A DNA stretch of 64,000 nt, taken from an uncultured Gemmatimonadaceae bacterium. GTDB taxonomy: Bacteria > Gemmatimonadota > Gemmatimonadetes > Gemmatimonadales > Gemmatimonadaceae. The stretch is taken from the NCBI GenBank assembly GCA_963781585.1, contig CAWAGQ010000014.1:64001-128000 (forward strand), written 5' to 3'. Below the pieces are notes generated by a model, which was not told the origin of the DNA, made no database searches, and saw only the letters and a program-made list of their open reading frames with translations. Shown piece after piece: positions 60,628-64,000 of this stretch (its first letter is position 1; every line of letters begins with the position of its first letter). Both the position numbers and the translations under genes were made by a program.

Positions 60628-61547
60628 CGATGAAGCAGGCTGGACGCCGCGGACCACAGGCCGGACCGTCGATCGAGCACCATGACCACGAAGAGCAGGG
60701 CGAGGTAGAGCAGGGAATACTTGTAGAGCGCCCAGGCGTACCGGGTCCACGGCTGTCGGGTGCGAACCCGCCAGACCCCGACCAGCAGGATGCTGCCTAA
60801 CGTGATGGCGCCAAGCAGGTAGACGGGTCCGAACGCGCCGAAGGTCACCGGAATGATTGTGAGCGCGACCAGAATGAGACTGTACCAGACCATCTGGTCC
60901 ATCGTCTCGCGCTCCCCCCAGACGACCGGGGCCATCGGCACGCCGGCGCGCCCGTAGTCTGCCTGCTTGAGGAGCGCCAGCGCCCAGAAATGGGGCGGGG
61001 TCCAGTAGAACACGATCAGAAAGAGGTACAGTGCCGTGAGGTCGATCGAGCCTGTGACCGCCGCCCAGCCAACCAGCGGCGGAAACGCTCCCGCGGCGCC
61101 GCCGAGCACGATGTTTTGCGGTGTGGCGCGCTTGAGCCACCGGGTGTAGACGAACACGTAGAAGTAGAAGCCGCCCAGCGCCAGGCCCGCCGTGAGCACG
61201 TTGACGAACTGCGCCAGGAGCCAGGTGGCGGCCACCGCCAGCGCGATGCCGAATGCCAGTACCGAAAGCGGCGACAGGCGGCCGCTGGGGATGGGACGCA
61301 GTCTGGTTCGCGCCATCTTGTCGTCGATATCGCGATCGAGATACATGTTGACCGCGTTGGCGCCACCGGCCATCAGGTAGCCGCCGACCATGACCAGCAG
61401 GACCTGCAGCAGGCCTGGTGTCCCGGCGACGTACATCGGCGCCACGGTAGTGACCAGCAGCAGCGAAATGATGCGCGGCTTGGTGAGCGAAACGAAGTCG
61501 CGCACCGCGCCAGTTCTCTGCGCTTCCCCGACTGCGATGCCGCTCAC
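60624..61547 (-). CDS. ctaB: Protoheme IX farnesyltransferase (heme O synthase)
   Basis: LTKPRII, N.YLDRDID..M.RT..RP.PSG, YT.WLKR, WTPPHFWAL. GTG at 61547. Confidence 0.96.
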   Translation of the reverse strand: MSGIAVGEAQRTGAVRDFVSLTKPRIISLLLVTTVAPMYVAGTPGLLQVLLVMVGGYLMAGGANAVNMYLDRDIDDKMARTRLRPIPSGRLSPLSVLAFGIALAVAATWLLAQFVNVLTAGLALGGFYFYVFVYTRWLKRATPQNIVLGGAAGAFPPLVGWAAVTGSIDLTALYLFLIVFYWTPPHFWALALLKQADYGRAGVPMAPVVWGERETMDQMVWYSLILVALTIIPVTFGAFGPVYLLGAITLGSILLVGVWRVRTRQPWTRYAWALYKYSLLYLALLFVVMVLDRRSGLWSAASSLLHR

Positions 61548-62569
61548 GCGCGCGCCTCCGCCCGGGTGGCCACGACGGCGGCGCTCTCGCGATGCTCCAC
61601 CCGGCGGCCATGGGCCAGTTGGTGCGCGACGTACCCGAAGGCAAAGACCACGATCCAGAGGAGCGTGCCAACGCCCTCGTGAAGGGAGCGCCAGACCGGA
61701 GGAAGATGGAATTCCACCATGGTCGCCGCCACCGCGATCTGCAAGAAGATCACGGTGAGCACGATTCGCGCGAACGCCGCCAGCCTTCGTTCCCGACGCT
61801 GGGTGAACACCACCCCGGCCCAGCCGACGAGCAGAAAGAGCGAATACGCAACGATGCGGTGCACGAATTGGAGATACTGTGCCGTGTCGGTCGGGAGCAG
61901 CCCGCCGCGGCAGAGTGGGAAGCCCAGGCAGGCGACGTTGGCGCCCGGGATGTTTGCCGTGAGGGCTCCGAGCGCGACGGCCAGGAACCCGAGGGCGGCG
62001 GCCACAGTCGCCACGCGGGCGCTCGCCGGCGAGGCGGTCCACTCTGCGCTCCGGTGGTCCACGTGGCGTTCAAATGGTGATGGAGTTGTCGCAGTGCGCA
62101 CGTAAGATGGTATTTGGGGGGGGCCCCCCGCGCGAACCACCGCCACCACCAACACGGCCAACAAACTCATCGCCAGCGCCAGATGCGTCACGATCACGAG
62201 CTTGTTTGCCAACGCCATCCATACGGTGATGGCTCCGAAAATCGCGGTCGTCAGCACCAACCCACCCGCCAGTAACGCGGGCCGGAATACACCCCCACGA
62301 CCACCCACCCACGCTTCACCGCGCCGCCGCCACGTCGCCAGCACGAGCCCGACGATTGCCGCCGTCAGCGTTGCCGCGAGATAACGATGCGAAACCTCGA
62401 TCACCAGCGCCGGCTGCGAAAATGGTGGAATCCAGTGCCCCTGGCACTTGGGCCAGCTGTCGCCGCAGCCCAGCCCCGACCCGGTGATACGCACGACCGC
62501 GCCGAACACGGTGTGCGCAAAGCCCAGCCCCAAGGCGATCCACGCGATACCACGAACCCGCCCCATCAC
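61544..62569 (-). CDS. ctaA: Heme A synthase (COX15/CtaA)
   Basis: VRITGSGLGC..WP.C.G, IEVSHR, second C..FPLC, QFVHR, SLH. Confidence 0.92.
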   Translation of the reverse strand: MMGRVRGIAWIALGLGFAHTVFGAVVRITGSGLGCGDSWPKCQGHWIPPFSQPALVIEVSHRYLAATLTAAIVGLVLATWRRRGEAWVGGRGGVFRPALLAGGLVLTTAIFGAITVWMALANKLVIVTHLALAMSLLAVLVVAVVRAGGPPQIPSYVRTATTPSPFERHVDHRSAEWTASPASARVATVAAALGFLAVALGALTANIPGANVACLGFPLCRGGLLPTDTAQYLQFVHRIVAYSLFLLVGWAGVVFTQRRERRLAAFARIVLTVIFLQIAVAATMVEFHLPPVWRSLHEGVGTLLWIVVFAFGYVAHQLAHGRRVEHRESAAVVATRAEARA

Positions 62570-62579
62570 TGCCCTTCGC

Positions 62580-62825
62580 TCACGTCAACGTGGACATGCC
62601 GGCGCCGGACACGCGGCCGCCCAGCGCGTGCCAGGTCGCGAGCAGCACCGCCAGGAGCCCTAGCGCAGGGATGACCACCCAGGCGATCTCCTTCCATCTC
62701 GCGGACGGCGCGCGCGACCGCCCCGGCGCCCGGCCCGCGACGACGTCGCGGACAACGAAAAGCTGCGCGGTGACACAGACGACCGCAGCCAGCCAGAACA
62801 GGGCGTTGAGAGAGCTTCGCAGCAC
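62580..62825 (-). CDS. Small 2-TM protein resembling the cytochrome c oxidase subunit II TM hairpin
   Basis: Two TM helices with KEIAWVVIPAL; first gene before ctaA-ctaB. Confidence 0.65.
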   Translation of the reverse strand: MLRSSLNALFWLAAVVCVTAQLFVVRDVVAGRAPGRSRAPSARWKEIAWVVIPALGLLAVLLATWHALGGRVSGAGMSTLT

Positions 62826-62980
62826 CGGTGGTCAAGTCGGGAGATTGAGTCGCGCGACGGCCTCGAAAGCTGTACCGGCGCCGGATGGCTTTCAACCGCG
62901 CCGCAACACCGGAGCGGGCGTTGCCGTTCACGGCCCAGTTGCACTCGCGGGTGCGCGCGTGGCGTGGTAGCATTGCGCCC

Positions 62981-64000
62981 ATGTCGGCCCCAGCAGCGCC
63001 TGCACCAGGCCACACTCTTCCGCGCCGCATCGGACTGTGGAGCGCCACCGCGGTCGTCATCGGCTCGACGATCGGATCGGGTATCTTCCGATCGCCCGCG
63101 GGCATCGCCGACCGGATTCCCGGTCCCCTGCCGCTCCTCACCATCTGGGTGCTTGGAGGCGCCTTCGCGCTTTGTGGGGCGCTCGCCCTCTCTGAGATTG
63201 CCAGCGAGATTCCGGCCACCGGCGGATTCTACGCCTTTCTTCGCGACGGCTGGGGGCGGCAATACGCCTTCCTGTTCGGCTGGAGTCAGCTGACGATCAT
63301 CCGCGCCGCATCCATCGGCGCCATCGCCATCACGTTCGCCGAGTACTTCCTCCGCGTCCTCGGCTACAACCCGTCGGTGCCGCCCATCGATCAGTACGCC
63401 CACTACGTGGCGGCCGGGGCAATCGCGCTCACCGCGGCGTTCAATATCGTGGGAGTGCGGTGGGGAGCCGGGGTGAATTCTCTTACCACGCTGGCGAAGT
63501 TCGGCGGACTCTGTTTCATCATTCTGCTGGCGCTGGCGGTCGGCCTGCCGCGCACGGGCGGACACTTTACGCCCCTGGTTCCCGCCGGGAGTGTTCGAGC
63601 GGGGGCCTTTGGTCTGGCCCTGGTGTCGGTGCTCTGGGCGTACGACGGGTGGGGCGATGTGAGCTACGTGGCGGGAGAAGTGACGAATCCGCAGCGGAAC
63701 CTCCCGCGCGCGATCATTGGGGGCACGCTCGCGGTGCTGGCTGTCTATCTTCTCGCGAACGTGGGATACATGGCCGTCCTTCCCGTGGACCAGATCCGCA
63801 CCTCGAAACTCGTCGCCGCCGACGTGGCGGAACAGCTCATCGGGCGTTCCGGCGCGGTATTCGTGGGTGTCACGGTGATGGTGTCGACTTTTGGCACGCT
63901 GAGCGCCACCCTGCTGACGAGCCCCCGCATCCTCTTTGCCATGGCTGAGGACAGGATGCTGTTTCAGTCGATTGCCAAGGTGCATCCCCGGTATCAGACA
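62981..64000 (+). CDS. Amino acid permease (APC family), 3' end truncated by the window edge
   Basis: Manual translation: MSAPAAPAPGHTLPRRIGLWSATAVVIGSTIGSGIFRSP...WAYDGWGDVSYVAGEVTNPQRNLPRA; open to the window end. Confidence 0.93.
   Translation, partial: MSAPAAPAPGHTLPRRIGLWSATAVVIGSTIGSGIFRSPAGIADRIPGPLPLLTIWVLGGAFALCGALALSEIASEIPATGGFYAFLRDGWGRQYAFLFGWSQLTIIRAASIGAIAITFAEYFLRVLGYNPSVPPIDQYAHYVAAGAIALTAAFNIVGVRWGAGVNSLTTLAKFGGLCFIILLALAVGLPRTGGHFTPLVPAGSVRAGAFGLALVSVLWAYDGWGDVSYVAGEVTNPQRNLPRAIIGGTLAVLAVYLLANVGYMAVLPVDQIRTSKLVAADVAEQLIGRSGAVFVGVTVMVSTFGTLSATLLTSPRILFAMAEDRMLFQSIAKVHPRYQT

Overview
A GC-rich (roughly 69-70% by eye), gene-dense bacterial chromosomal segment with about 60 CDS. 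The mix of gene families suggests Gemmatimonadota, but this is inference only. I found no rRNA, tRNA, CRISPR array, integrase or transposase. Housekeeping content: queC/queE, aguB/aguA, acnA, acs, psuG, heme A and heme O synthases, DsbA-VKOR, peptidases and permeases. Highlights: (1) a 7-gene operon (835-9021) with a VWA protein, a PspA/IM30 (ESCRT-III superfamily) protein, a solute-binding/OmpA fusion, a NitT/TauT-type ABC transporter, a membrane-anchored helical protein and a classic-clade AAA+ ATPase, a candidate bacterial ESCRT-III/Vps4-like envelope-remodelling system; (2) an exported peroxiredoxin split by an in-frame TGA at the catalytic Cys position and followed by a SECIS-like hairpin, so probably a selenoprotein; (3) an 8-mer, GCCTAACG/CGTTAGGC, seen at least 19 times on both strands and forcing rare codons inside genes; (4) a ketosynthase-SRPBCC-methyltransferase-flavin reductase-FAD oxidoreductase-DUF92 operon, a possible unusual lipid or polyketide pathway; (5) a patatin-ferredoxin fusion, an AdoMetDC-like protein with Cys at the pyruvoyl site, a lipoprotein serpin and a stand-alone CoxII-TM-like miniprotein. 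All calls come from reading motifs by eye; no database search was run.
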